NCBI GenBank assembly: GCA_964247405.1
Contig: CAXTUQ010000001.1
Coordinates: 3,866-40,484 of the forward strand
Direction: 5' to 3'
Length of the DNA: 36,619 bases
DNA from: an uncultured Acetobacteraceae bacterium
GTDB lineage: Bacteria > Pseudomonadota > Alphaproteobacteria > Acetobacterales > Acetobacteraceae
The notes beneath the pieces are model-generated. The model saw only the letters and a list, made by a program, of their open reading frames with translations. It was not told the origin of the DNA and did no database searches. How positions within the stretch are numbered: position 1 is the first letter of the stretch; each line of letters begins with the position of its first letter. The position numbers were made by a program, and so were the translations under genes. Of this stretch, positions 28,298 to 36,619 are shown piece by piece.

Positions 28298-29236
28298 ATG
28301 GCCGAACTCATCCTGCACCATTACGCGATCTCGGCGTTCTCGGAGCGCGTACGGCTGGCCATGGGGCTGAAGCGGCTGCGCTACCGCTCCGTGCTCGTGC
28401 CGCCGCTGATGCCCAAACCGGACCAGGTGGCGCTTACCGGCGGCTACCGGCGCGCGCCGGTGCTGCAGATCGGCGCCGACGTCTATTGCGACACGGCCGC
28501 CATCCTGCCCGTCATCGAGGCGCTGCATCCGGCGCCGAGCCTGTATCCCTTTGGCAGCGAGGGCGTGGCAAGCGCGCTGGCGTGGTGGGCCGACAAGGCG
28601 CTGTTCCCTCCTGCGCTCGCCGTCGTCGCCAACGTCAACGCCGGCAAGATCCCGCGCGACTTCGTTACCGAGCGCAAGGCGTTCGGGTTCAATCTCGATG
28701 TCGGAGAAATCGGCTCCCGCTTTCCGGCTGACCGCGACCAGGCGAACGCGGAAGTCGCGCGCCTCGCGGCAATGCTCGGGGATGGGCGCCCCTTCATGCT
28801 GGGGGACGCGCCGAGTGCAGCCGACATGGCCGCGTATTGCTCCATCTGGCTGCTGCAAACGCAAGGAGGCGCGGCGGCGGAAGCGGTCGTGAGCCTAGCG
28901 GCAGTCGAGGCCTGGGCCGCGCGCGTGGCGGCAATCGGGCACGGCGAGCCGGACGAGCTGCCGAGTACGGAAGCATTGGCGATCGCACGGGACACAGAAC
29001 CGGAGCCGCCCGATTTGTCGGGCGGGACCGACGGCCTCCAATCCGGGGAAACAGTGACCGTCACGCCCGACGACACCGGGCGCGATCCGGTCCATGGCGC
29101 GCTGGTGGCTGCCGACTCCCGGACGGTCATCATCCGCCGCGTAACGCCTGAGCTTGGCACCTTGCACCTGCACTTTCCCCGCAGCGGCTTCGACCTTTGC
29201 GCAGCAGGAACGGAACCACACCGATCACCTGCTTGA
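28298..29236 (+). CDS. Glutathione S-transferase family protein
   Basis: LHHY..SAFSERVRL, TGGYRRAPVLQIGADVYCDT, C-terminal LHFPRSG. The last codons overlap IS5 debris. Confidence 0.9.
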   Translation: MAELILHHYAISAFSERVRLAMGLKRLRYRSVLVPPLMPKPDQVALTGGYRRAPVLQIGADVYCDTAAILPVIEALHPAPSLYPFGSEGVASALAWWADKALFPPALAVVANVNAGKIPRDFVTERKAFGFNLDVGEIGSRFPADRDQANAEVARLAAMLGDGRPFMLGDAPSAADMAAYCSIWLLQTQGGAAAEAVVSLAAVEAWAARVAAIGHGEPDELPSTEALAIARDTEPEPPDLSGGTDGLQSGETVTVTPDDTGRDPVHGALVAADSRTVIIRRVTPELGTLHLHFPRSGFDLCAAGTEPHRSPA

Positions 29237-29525
29237 ACCGGCCAACGGCAGCTTCGACTTGGGGGCGGGTGGTGCAGCCGGACGCCCTTTGGCAGGCCGC
29301 TCGGCCGTGCTTGGCGATGTCCGGTGAACTTTTCGTTTTGACGCATCGAGGATAGTGGTCCCGCTGCGTGGGCGCAGTCCCGATCAGCCTGCTTGGCACG
29401 GCCGTGGAACGCGGCAGCACAATGACGGCTGCCGCGGGGTGGCGCGTGACGACCGCGGCGGACACGCTGTCTTGGTCGTCCCCACCGTCGGCGGTGAACG
29501 ACGCGAGCGCGGCCGTTGCCTAGTT

Positions 29526-29878
29526 GGCCCTCTGGCAGCATCCGCGCGGATTTTTACGGTAGCGGTCGCGCCGTGATCCCTCACCCGCCGCGTTCCGTAT
29601 CGGATCAGCGGCTTACGCCGACACGGAGGCGGCCATCAGCGTGGCTCCCAGCCGCCTCAATACCCGCACGGAAGCGCCTGCTCCACGATAACCTCGGGCA
29701 TGGCAGGATGGTCGTGGGTTGAATGCTGCGGGGTTATCGCGGGCGGAAATGCCCCGTCCGGCCCGGAAATCAGCCCTTCACGACAACAACTTGGTTATCG
29801 TGAAGGGCGTCCGTAACCGGCCCATGGCTCCGCTGGGGGCGCTACAGTAAAAATCCGCGCGGATGCTGCCAGAGGGCC
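29526..29878. mobile_element. 353-bp non-autonomous Tn3-like MITE
   Basis: 39-bp terminal inverted repeats (29526-29564 and 29840-29878, one mismatch) flanked by the 5-bp direct repeat TAGTT (29521-29525 and 29879-29883); no transposase. Confidence 0.88.
29773..29808. repeat. 15-6-15 palindrome resembling a tyrosine-recombinase core site
   Basis: gcccttcacgacaac-aacttg-gttatcgtgaagggc (one mismatch); related half-sites ccacgataacc (29683-29693) and ggttatcgcgg (29732-29742). Confidence 0.7.
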
Positions 29879-30065
29879 TAGTTGAGCAAGATGCCAACCA
29901 AGCCCCTTAATGGGCCGGGCAGAATGTTGGTGCAGCAAGGTCGCGGGCGGAACTCGTTGAGCAGCTGCGCACCTCCGGCCACTACGCCCAGTGGAGGACC
30001 ACCTCGGGCGGCGACCTATGGGGCTGCCGGAGACGCAGACCGGCAAGCCAGCGAAGGAGAAGGTT

Positions 30066-30935
30066 ATGAAGAGGATGATCCTTGAGGCCCGCATCAACGA
30101 GTATGCGATGCGGGACGAGAACCCCCACGTCCCCTGGACCCCGGATGAGATCGCCGAAGCCGCCGCGCGCTGCCGGGAAGCCGGCGCCAGCATCGTCCAT
30201 TTCCATGCCAGGAAGCCGGACGGCTCGCCCGAGCATTCGGTGGAGACCTATGCGGAGATCATCCGCGCGATCCGCGCGAAGAGCGACATCCTAGTCCACC
30301 CGACGCTCGGCTGGTTCTCCAACGACGGGGACCCGGCGGCGCGCTCCCGCTGCGTCACGACCTTGGCGGAGGACCCGGCCACCAAACCCGATTTCGCGCC
30401 GATCGACACTGGCAGCACCAACCTGGAAACCTACTCCGGAGGGCGGTTCGACCATGCGGACCGCGTATATACCAACCGCACGGACACCCTGATCACCTAC
30501 GCCCGCGAGTTCGCCGCTGCCGGGATCAAGCCGGTCATGGTCACCTGGTCGGTCGGCTTCACCCGCCGCGCGCTGGCCTTGATCGAGATGGGCCTGGTGG
30601 CGGAACCCGCATACTTCCTGCTCAACATGACGGACGGCGCCGTCATCGCCGGCCACCCGGGGACGGAGGACGGGCTGGAGGCGCATCTGCGCTTCCTCCC
30701 GCCGGACCGGCGGATCGAGTGGTCGAGCAACGTGGTGGGCGGCGACCTGTTGAAGCTCACCCGCATGTCCGCCGAACGCGGCGGGCACATCGCGCCGGGG
30801 ATCGGCGACTACCCGTATCGTGACCTTGGCTGCCCGGCCAACGAGGCGGTGGTCGCGCTGGCGGCCAAGGAGGCCCGCGCCGCCGGGCGGGAGATTGCCA
30901 GCCCGGCGGATGTGCGGGAGATGCTGGCCTTGTAA
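30066..30935 (+). CDS. DUF849 / beta-keto acid cleavage enzyme family protein, divergent active site
   Basis: NPHVPWTPDEIA..AGASIVHFHAR, KPD; C-terminal GGHIAPGIGD in place of GGHVRVGLED; RBS GGAGAAGG. Confidence 0.88.
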   Translation: MKRMILEARINEYAMRDENPHVPWTPDEIAEAAARCREAGASIVHFHARKPDGSPEHSVETYAEIIRAIRAKSDILVHPTLGWFSNDGDPAARSRCVTTLAEDPATKPDFAPIDTGSTNLETYSGGRFDHADRVYTNRTDTLITYAREFAAAGIKPVMVTWSVGFTRRALALIEMGLVAEPAYFLLNMTDGAVIAGHPGTEDGLEAHLRFLPPDRRIEWSSNVVGGDLLKLTRMSAERGGHIAPGIGDYPYRDLGCPANEAVVALAAKEARAAGREIASPADVREMLAL

Positions 30936-31134
30936 AGGCGGGACCAGCGCGAAAGGTCATCTCGCTGTCCAGGCGCTTGGGGAGCGGACAGCGCAGAGGA
31001 CCGCAGGACAGGTTGCGGCATCACGTGGCAATCTCCCGTGTCGGCGAGCTGGGAGTCGCCACGGCAAGCATTTCCACAGTGGGCAAAGCAAGGCCGAAGC
31101 GGCGCGCGATGGCGGTGAACACCTCTGGCGGGAC

Positions 31135-31735
31135 CGGATCAGGGCGCGCACCGTGGCCAGGACGTGTGTGGCATCGGTCCGTTGCCGCCCACCGCCGGAC
31201 AGCAGGTCCCGCCTCTGGGCAAGCGCCAGCACCATGTCGAGTAACACCTGCTCCGCCCCACCTTCGACCAGGCGGGACCGGAACTCGCTCAGCACGGTGC
31301 TGTCGAAGCCAGGATCAGTCAGGGGCAGCGCCAGGGCATACTTCCAGTCGATCCTGCCGCGGACCGCCTCGGCCGCCTGACGGTCGGGCAAGCCCTCGGC
31401 GAACTGAAACAAGGTCACCAGAGCAAGCCGCCACGGCGCCTCCGCCGGGCGGCCGCGGGCGGGGAACAAGCCTGCGAACCGGGCGTCTTCAGCGAAATTC
31501 AAAAAATCTGCGCGCGAACACCGCGCCCAGCTCGTCGCGCAAGCCCGTGTAGCGACTGCCTTTCGGGAACGACGCGCTGGCAACGCGCACGGTCTCCTCG
31601 GGAATGGCTGGGGAGATCTCAGGGCGAAGGGACATGGTGCTGACCTTGGGCAGAACATCGCGACGTCGCCGTCAACCAGCGCCTTGCCCCCAGGCTCCAG
31701 CACCATACCGCCTCAGAGAATTCGCCAGCGGTATC
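31135..31735 (-). mobile_element. IS1182-family element, left end and frameshifted 5' transposase fragment
   Basis: End sequence GATACCGCTGGCGAATTC (31735-31718); ATG 31635 MSLRPE..PEETVRVA; PWRLALVT..DRQAAEAVRGRIDWKYAL..GFDSTVLSEFR..QRTDATHVLA, then truncated. Confidence 0.88.
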
Positions 31736-31836
31736 AAAAATACGGAAGAGCCGGTTCGGTGGACGGTTTGGCGGCTTATGGGCCAGGGGCGGATGGGCCG
31801 TGACCTTTGGATGAGTTCCCGCCCACCCGGGAAGCG

Positions 31837-32160
31837 TTAGCTACTGGATCGGCGCTCCCGGCGCATGGCCCTGACCTCAGAATGCGTCAGCGACGCCGAA
31901 AGCGAGTCCAACACCTCAGCCACCACGTGGCGGGTGGCGCCCGCGATCTCGCCGTCCAAGGTGCGGTGGCAGTCCCGGAACGTGGACATGAACAAGGCTC
32001 GCGCCGCCTCGTCCGGCATGGCATGCGAGTGCAGCACCTCGCGCTCCATAACTTCCACACGGTGCCGGACCGCCTCGACCTTCGGCTCGGCGCCCTTGCT
32101 CAACAACTCGGCGCGGTTCTCGATCCCGTTCGGCTGGGCGCCGTTGTTGTCCGTGATCAT
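31837..32160 (-). CDS. Hypothetical protein
   Basis: RBS GGAGG before ATG 32160; 107 aa; no recognised motif. Confidence 0.5.
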   Translation of the reverse strand: MITDNNGAQPNGIENRAELLSKGAEPKVEAVRHRVEVMEREVLHSHAMPDEAARALFMSTFRDCHRTLDGEIAGATRHVVAEVLDSLSASLTHSEVRAMRRERRSSS

Positions 32161-32471
32161 CTCTCGGCCTCCCTGGCGACCGGCGCACCGGAAGCGCAAG
32201 GTTGCTGTTGCCACGCTGCACTTCGCCAAGGCCGCCTGATGGGAGAGTGCAGACCGGGCCACGGCATGTCGAGTGCGGGAACGCGCGCCTGAGCAAGGGT
32301 GATCAGCAACACCAAGCAGGTTGCGGCGGTCGGTGCCGTAGGAGCCACGCCCATCTCGTGGGTCCCAGACACCAAAACCATTTTTCTGTTTTCAGGGCTG
32401 TCGGGGTGAGCCACTCGCGTCCGCCAGTGCGATGCTGGGCTGGTCAGCAACCTGGGATGGAGTGATTTACC

Positions 32472-32933
32472 ATGTCTAGCCGCCGTATTCTTGTCGCTTC
32501 TACTTTGCTGGGGTTGGTCCTTGCGTGTCCAGCGCATGCCCAGAAACCAAGCAATCTGGATTTCCTCGAAAGCCTATCGGCGCAACGCAACGCTCAAATG
32601 AGGCCACAACCGAACCTGCCCGCTCCGGTACCAACAGTAGAGGAGAGGATCATCCCAACAAACCATACGTGGGTGTGCATGAGCACAACCCCCTGGCAAC
32701 CCGTTTTGTCTTCGCCTCACCGGAATGCCCCTGTGATCGGGCAAACCCAATCAATGGTTGCTGCGTCGATTGGGTGGGTCGATGGATATGCTGAAGTGTT
32801 GCATTATGACGGCAAGATCGGGTTCATCCCAGCCTCTACGGTCAAGCCCTACCATTCTGACATCAATCCACGCGGGACGTGCACCATTCCCGGTCTGCGC
32901 CTGAACGGCACACCTGTCTTCGCTTTTCGTTGA
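32472..32933 (+). CDS. Secreted hypothetical protein with possible SH3-like domain
   Basis: Signal peptide ending AHA; SSPHRNAPVIG..GYAEV..GKIGFIP pattern; RBS GGAG. Confidence 0.7.
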   Translation: MSSRRILVASTLLGLVLACPAHAQKPSNLDFLESLSAQRNAQMRPQPNLPAPVPTVEERIIPTNHTWVCMSTTPWQPVLSSPHRNAPVIGQTQSMVAASIGWVDGYAEVLHYDGKIGFIPASTVKPYHSDINPRGTCTIPGLRLNGTPVFAFR

Positions 32934-32945
32934 ATGTGTCAGCGC

Positions 32946-33734
32946 ATGTTTCGCATTGAATTGACGCTCGCGGTTGCTGGCCTCAGCTGCATGCTGGCAT
33001 CCAGCTCTGCACAAGCACAAACCAATCCTTCTCTGGTTGATTCAAATGGACTGCCAGCGCAGATCATTCCAACCTTTAGAGAAGTCGGGATAACTTGGGG
33101 CGACATGTCTGGCGGCAGCGCGCCGACCGGGGGAGAAAGTGGAACTCCTCCTTCGAGCAATCCATCGACAAATTCCGGCAACTATCCGTCTGACGGCTCA
33201 GACGCCCTCAGCGCGTTGAATGCCACGAGTTACGGATCAACCGCAACGAGCGCAGCTCAGCAAGAAGGCGTCGACATCCAGTCCGTTGCAGCAATCGGCC
33301 AAGCAGAGAGCGGATTCCAGAATATACCAACGGCAAATGGGTCGAGCAGCGCGACAGGTCCGTGGCAGTTTACCACCCCGACCTTCCTGTCAGTTTCTCA
33401 ACAACACGGCCTTGAATACACTGCGGCGGACGCCACAAATCCGCAGGACCAGGCTGTCGCAGCGGCTTACCTCATGCACGACTATGCAACCAGTGTTTCC
33501 CAAGCCATCAATCAGCAAGCGACCACGCTGCAAACCTATGGTGCTTGGGTTTTCGGACCTGGGGCGGGAGCTAAGATTGCTACTGCCGATGGAAATACTC
33601 CCCTCAGTAGTATCGTGTCGACCCAAAATCTGAAGAACAATGGCATGGAGTCTTGGACGGTAAGCCAGTTTCGTCAGGTCATGACCAATCGACTTGGCTC
33701 GGCCGCGAATCAAACCGTCCTCATACCTTCCTGA
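32946..33734 (+). CDS. Secreted lytic transglycosylase (SLT-like)
   Basis: Signal peptide ending AQA; S/T/G-rich linker; AESG catalytic Glu motif, SATGPWQF..TF, GPG. Confidence 0.82.
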   Translation: MFRIELTLAVAGLSCMLASSSAQAQTNPSLVDSNGLPAQIIPTFREVGITWGDMSGGSAPTGGESGTPPSSNPSTNSGNYPSDGSDALSALNATSYGSTATSAAQQEGVDIQSVAAIGQAESGFQNIPTANGSSSATGPWQFTTPTFLSVSQQHGLEYTAADATNPQDQAVAAAYLMHDYATSVSQAINQQATTLQTYGAWVFGPGAGAKIATADGNTPLSSIVSTQNLKNNGMESWTVSQFRQVMTNRLGSAANQTVLIPS

Positions 33735-33746
33735 TCGGAAACCGTC

Positions 33747-34697
33747 ATGCACCCTTTCTCTCCAATGCTTCTGCTTGGTACATCATTGGCGCTGATACCC
33801 TTCCTCGCCGTGGCTGCCCCGCTCTGCGCCGTGCAGCCGACGGCTGCTGAGCCCACGCCAGCGACGACGCCAAATATGACCGTGAGCTACCCGGCATCAA
33901 GCGAGGGCAACGGCCTGACGCCGATCTCGGCGGCAGAAGCCGATCAGATCCCGGCGCTGCAGCGCATCCGGGCCTCGGGTGCCCAGCTCTACGAGTTGGG
34001 CGAGATCCACGGGCTGCGCAGCGTCTTTGCCGTCGCGGGCGAAAGCTTCCAGGTCTTCTACCTCAGCCCGGACGGGCAGGTGGCGGTCCGCGGCATCGCC
34101 CAAGACGCCGCGGGCAAGAACCTGACCCGCGACCAGGTCGCGCGGGTTCCCGGCGCGATTCCCTTGGCCGTGCTGGGCGGCGAGGCCCGCCCCTCGCCTG
34201 CTGCTCCCCCGGGTGCCGCACCAGCGGCTTTGCGCGTGCCTGCGACGTCGCCGCTGCAAGCCGTGCAGACAACCACTTACGGCACCCAGGGCCAGGACGA
34301 CGCACCCCGCCTGTGGGTGTTCATCGACCCCCAATGCAGCTTCTCGCGCCGCGCGATGCAGCAGCTGCAACCCTATGTCGCAAGCGGCCGGGTGCAGCTT
34401 GCCGTGATCCCGGTGTCGGTGCTGGACTACGAGGACCAGGGGCTCAGCAAGACGCGGGCCGAAGCGATGCTCGGTCTGCCCCGCGAGCAGATGGTGGAAG
34501 CCTGGGCGGAGAACCGCTTGACCGGGCCGGCCGACGCCGGCGCCATCGTCAGCCTGCAAGCCAACATGATGGTGGCCGACTGGATCGAGCTTAAGGGCAC
34601 GCCGACCTTCATCTGGCGCAAGGCGGACGGCAGCGAAGGCCGGGTGGACGGGATACCGGCCGACCTGGAAGCGATGGTCGCCTCAGCAAGCCGCTGA
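33747..34697 (+). CDS. DsbG/DsbC-like thioredoxin-fold periplasmic protein (CxxS)
   Basis: Signal peptide; FYLSPDGQ dimerisation-domain motif; FIDPQCSFS; IPV; cis-Pro GTP motif. Confidence 0.8.
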   Translation: MHPFSPMLLLGTSLALIPFLAVAAPLCAVQPTAAEPTPATTPNMTVSYPASSEGNGLTPISAAEADQIPALQRIRASGAQLYELGEIHGLRSVFAVAGESFQVFYLSPDGQVAVRGIAQDAAGKNLTRDQVARVPGAIPLAVLGGEARPSPAAPPGAAPAALRVPATSPLQAVQTTTYGTQGQDDAPRLWVFIDPQCSFSRRAMQQLQPYVASGRVQLAVIPVSVLDYEDQGLSKTRAEAMLGLPREQMVEAWAENRLTGPADAGAIVSLQANMMVADWIELKGTPTFIWRKADGSEGRVDGIPADLEAMVASASR

Positions 34698-34700
34698 CCC

Positions 34701-35291
34701 ATGCGCGACAAGGAACAACCCGCGCGTCGCCGCCGCGGCCTGCTCAGCCCGTTCATCTGGGTCGGGCGCTCGGTCGTGCGGCCGCTCGCCATCCCCGAGA
34801 TACGCGCCCAGGCCGAGACGATCCGCGGCCTCCATGGCGTGCTGCGCAGCCGCAGCGCCGGCGACGGGCCAGCCCTGGTGCTCGATGCCGGCCGCCGCTT
34901 CGACCTCGAAGCCTCGGCCGAGGCGCTGCGGCTTCAAGCGGCGGAGGCGCTGGACGCAGGGCGCATCACCATGGAGCACTACGCCCAGCTCGGCGGCGTG
35001 CAGGCCGGGGAGCTTGCCGCCCTGCTGGAGCGCCGCCGCGCCGAAACCGCACGGGCGACGTGGCTCAACCTGGCCTTGGGCCTGTTCTTCCTGCTGCTCT
35101 GGGCATGGAGCGTCCGCAGCGCGCCTGCAGGCTTCACTGGCCTGCTGCTCCTGCTGTCCGGGCTAGGCGTGTGCGTGCTGTTCCTGGCCAGGGCCGTCGT
35201 CGAGGCGCACACCAACTGGCAGATCAGGACCGGGGGGATGGGCACCCTGCGCGAGTTCCTTCTCACCGACGATGGCTGGACGCCTTCCTGA
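34701..35291 (+). CDS. Two-TM membrane protein, possibly IcmV/TraX-like
   Basis: Two C-terminal hydrophobic helices then NWQIR..GTLREFL; follows the SLT and Dsb-like genes. Confidence 0.6.
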   Translation: MRDKEQPARRRRGLLSPFIWVGRSVVRPLAIPEIRAQAETIRGLHGVLRSRSAGDGPALVLDAGRRFDLEASAEALRLQAAEALDAGRITMEHYAQLGGVQAGELAALLERRRAETARATWLNLALGLFFLLLWAWSVRSAPAGFTGLLLLLSGLGVCVLFLARAVVEAHTNWQIRTGGMGTLREFLLTDDGWTPS

Positions 35292-35331
35292 CGCCGAGCC
35301 AAGCTGAGCTGATGACCTCCGCCGTCGGCGA

Positions 35332-35695
35332 TCAGAAGTCGCGGAAGACCCAGCCCAGGGTCGCGGAGGCGATATACAGGGCGCCTCCCACCACAAGCAG
35401 GACCGCCCACAAGCATCGCCAGCCGGCCGAACCCGTCGAGGTCGCTCGTGCCTCCCGTATGGAACCGGGCGGGATCACGCGGCAGCACGTCGGAGATCGC
35501 CATCAGCAGCCCCACGCCGATTGCTGCGCCCATCAGCAGGAACAGCAGCATCATGCACCCCGCCGGCCGCTGGTTTGGAACAAAGCTCGCATCGCCGAAC
35601 CGCACGACGCGCGGCTGCCAGAACGGCACCCGCTTGACCGACCACGCCAGACCGATCCAGGCGATGCTGTAGCCGACGAAGACCAGATCCCGCAC
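35332..35695 (-). pseudogene. Small membrane protein gene, apparently frameshifted near 35410
   Basis: Hydrophobic segments in one frame (MMLLFLLMGAAIGVGLL) continue in another frame (LWAVLLVVGGALYIASATLGWVFRDF*). Confidence 0.4.
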
Positions 35696-35705
35696 GGGCG
35701 GAAGC

Positions 35706-36020
35706 TCAGAAGGTGCCGGCGGGTGTGGATCGCGACTGCCCCGTCAGCCACGGGGCGTGCTGGTAGTCCTCGAAGTCCCACTCCACCGACAGGTCGCGCG
35801 TGCGGGTCACCGTGCCCTCGCGGTCAAACACCGGCGGGGTCCACGTCGCTGGCACCTGGCCTGGCGCGGCAAAGGGATCGAAGGACGGCGCACGCACTGG
35901 CGGGGCCGGGGGAGCGCTGCCGGTGCTGGCCGCCTTGAGGTTGCCGTTGTCGCAGCCCGCCAAGGCGAGCAGCACCAGCAGCAGGGCCGTGCAGGGAAGG
36001 GGGCGAACGGGAGAAGGCAT
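35706..36020 (-). CDS. Small lipoprotein, function unknown
   Basis: RBS AAGGAG; lipobox LLALAG-C; Pro-rich linker. Confidence 0.75.
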   Translation of the reverse strand: MPSPVRPLPCTALLLVLLALAGCDNGNLKAASTGSAPPAPPVRAPSFDPFAAPGQVPATWTPPVFDREGTVTRTRDLSVEWDFEDYQHAPWLTGQSRSTPAGTF

Positions 36021-36180
36021 GCTCAGGCTCCTTGGCGGGCAGAGCATCCTACCCGGCGCGGGCGCGAGTGCGACCTGCTCAGCCAACCGCCCTGGCCGGC
36101 CTCCTGAACCAACGGCGCCTTCCGCGTGCAGCCAGCCCAGCGTGGCACAGGCTGCGGCGGCTGAGGCGGCCCTTACCGGG

Positions 36181-36619
36181 TCATGGCCCGGCTCGCTTCT
36201 GCGCCACCACCAGCAACCGGCCCGGCGCAAAGATGCGGGCTTCCCGGGCGATGGTGGCGTGCAGGTCGCGCAGCCGGTTGGCGCGGCGCCGGGCTTCCTT
36301 GGGGTCCGCGGCGCCGTCCGGATCGAGCATGGACAGCGAGAAGGCGCGGTCGGTCACCTGGCGCACTCGCACGTGCGGGGCTTCCACGGCGACGTCCGCC
36401 ACCAGCTCCAGGTCCGGCCAGACGTGGCGCAGCAGCTCCGGCTCCATGGTGGCGTCCATGACCAGGGTCGGCGCCTGCCAGCCCTTGGCCAGGGGCAGGC
36501 GCTGGCGCAGGTCGAGCACGCGCTGCGGCCCGGCCTCGCCGTGCGCCACGCCCAGCGCGGCCCAGCCGGAAGCGTCCGGCCCGTCGTCGGCGAGCAGCGC
36601 GGCGAGGGCGGACCACCAC
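36181..36619 (-). CDS. Partial helicase-like / primase-helicase-like protein, begins outside the window and is probably 3'-truncated
   Basis: Frame is open to the window edge; PTLVMDAT motif III-like segment; ends abruptly at LVVAQKRAGP*. Confidence 0.5.
   Translation of the reverse strand, partial: WWSALAALLADDGPDASGWAALGVAHGEAGPQRVLDLRQRLPLAKGWQAPTLVMDATMEPELLRHVWPDLELVADVAVEAPHVRVRQVTDRAFSLSMLDPDGAADPKEARRRANRLRDLHATIAREARIFAPGRLLVVAQKRAGP

Larger units (their letters stand above)
29222..29910 (-). mobile_element. IS5-family transposase central/C-terminal fragment, interrupted by a MITE
   Basis: VGILLN | ASFTADGGDDQDSV..HPAAAVIVLPRSTAVPS..TAPTQRDH..KHGRAACQRASG..VEAAVGRFKQVIG reads through once 29526-29883 is removed. 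Confidence 0.8.

Noticed and set aside
18150-31735. One IS1182 split by insertion of the 18.7-31.1 kb block
   Set aside because: The two fragments are in the right order and strand, but overlap by about 11 divergent codons (HVLATVRALIR versus HMLTAIHTLNR), so they come from different copies.
31810-31836. Hairpin after the minus-strand hypothetical gene as a terminator
   Set aside because: Short stem with no U-tract.

Overview
A GC-rich alphaproteobacterial region, judged from gene content to be Acetobacteraceae-like and probably plasmid or island. Most of it (0.5-31 kb) is a + strand carbohydrate-catabolism island centred on the oxidative D-apiose/D-apionate route: ApsD-like dehydrogenase, ApnO oxidoisomerase, OiaK-type kinase and a form IV RuBisCO-like protein (RLP). 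It also encodes an SMP-30 lactonase, three sugar ABC importers (four binding proteins), an orphan TRAP binding protein, three SDRs, SnoaL, cyclase, FMN alpha-hydroxy-acid oxidase, GST, a GntR regulator and a divergent DUF849 enzyme. The most striking pattern is reciprocal gene loss between two sub-clusters 17 kb apart. Cluster 1 keeps the kinase and has only a 23-codon stub of its RLP. Cluster 2 keeps the RLP and has only a deletion-collapsed kinase stub. A split transketolase pair is likewise collapsed. IS5 and IS1182 debris is frequent, and a 353-bp Tn3-like MITE (39-bp inverted repeats, 5-bp target duplication) carries a recombinase-site-like palindrome. The last 5 kb look like a broken type IVB conjugation locus (lytic transglycosylase, CxxS Dsb-like protein, IcmV/TraX-like protein) plus a truncated helicase-like gene. 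All family calls come from motif recognition by eye; no database search was run.
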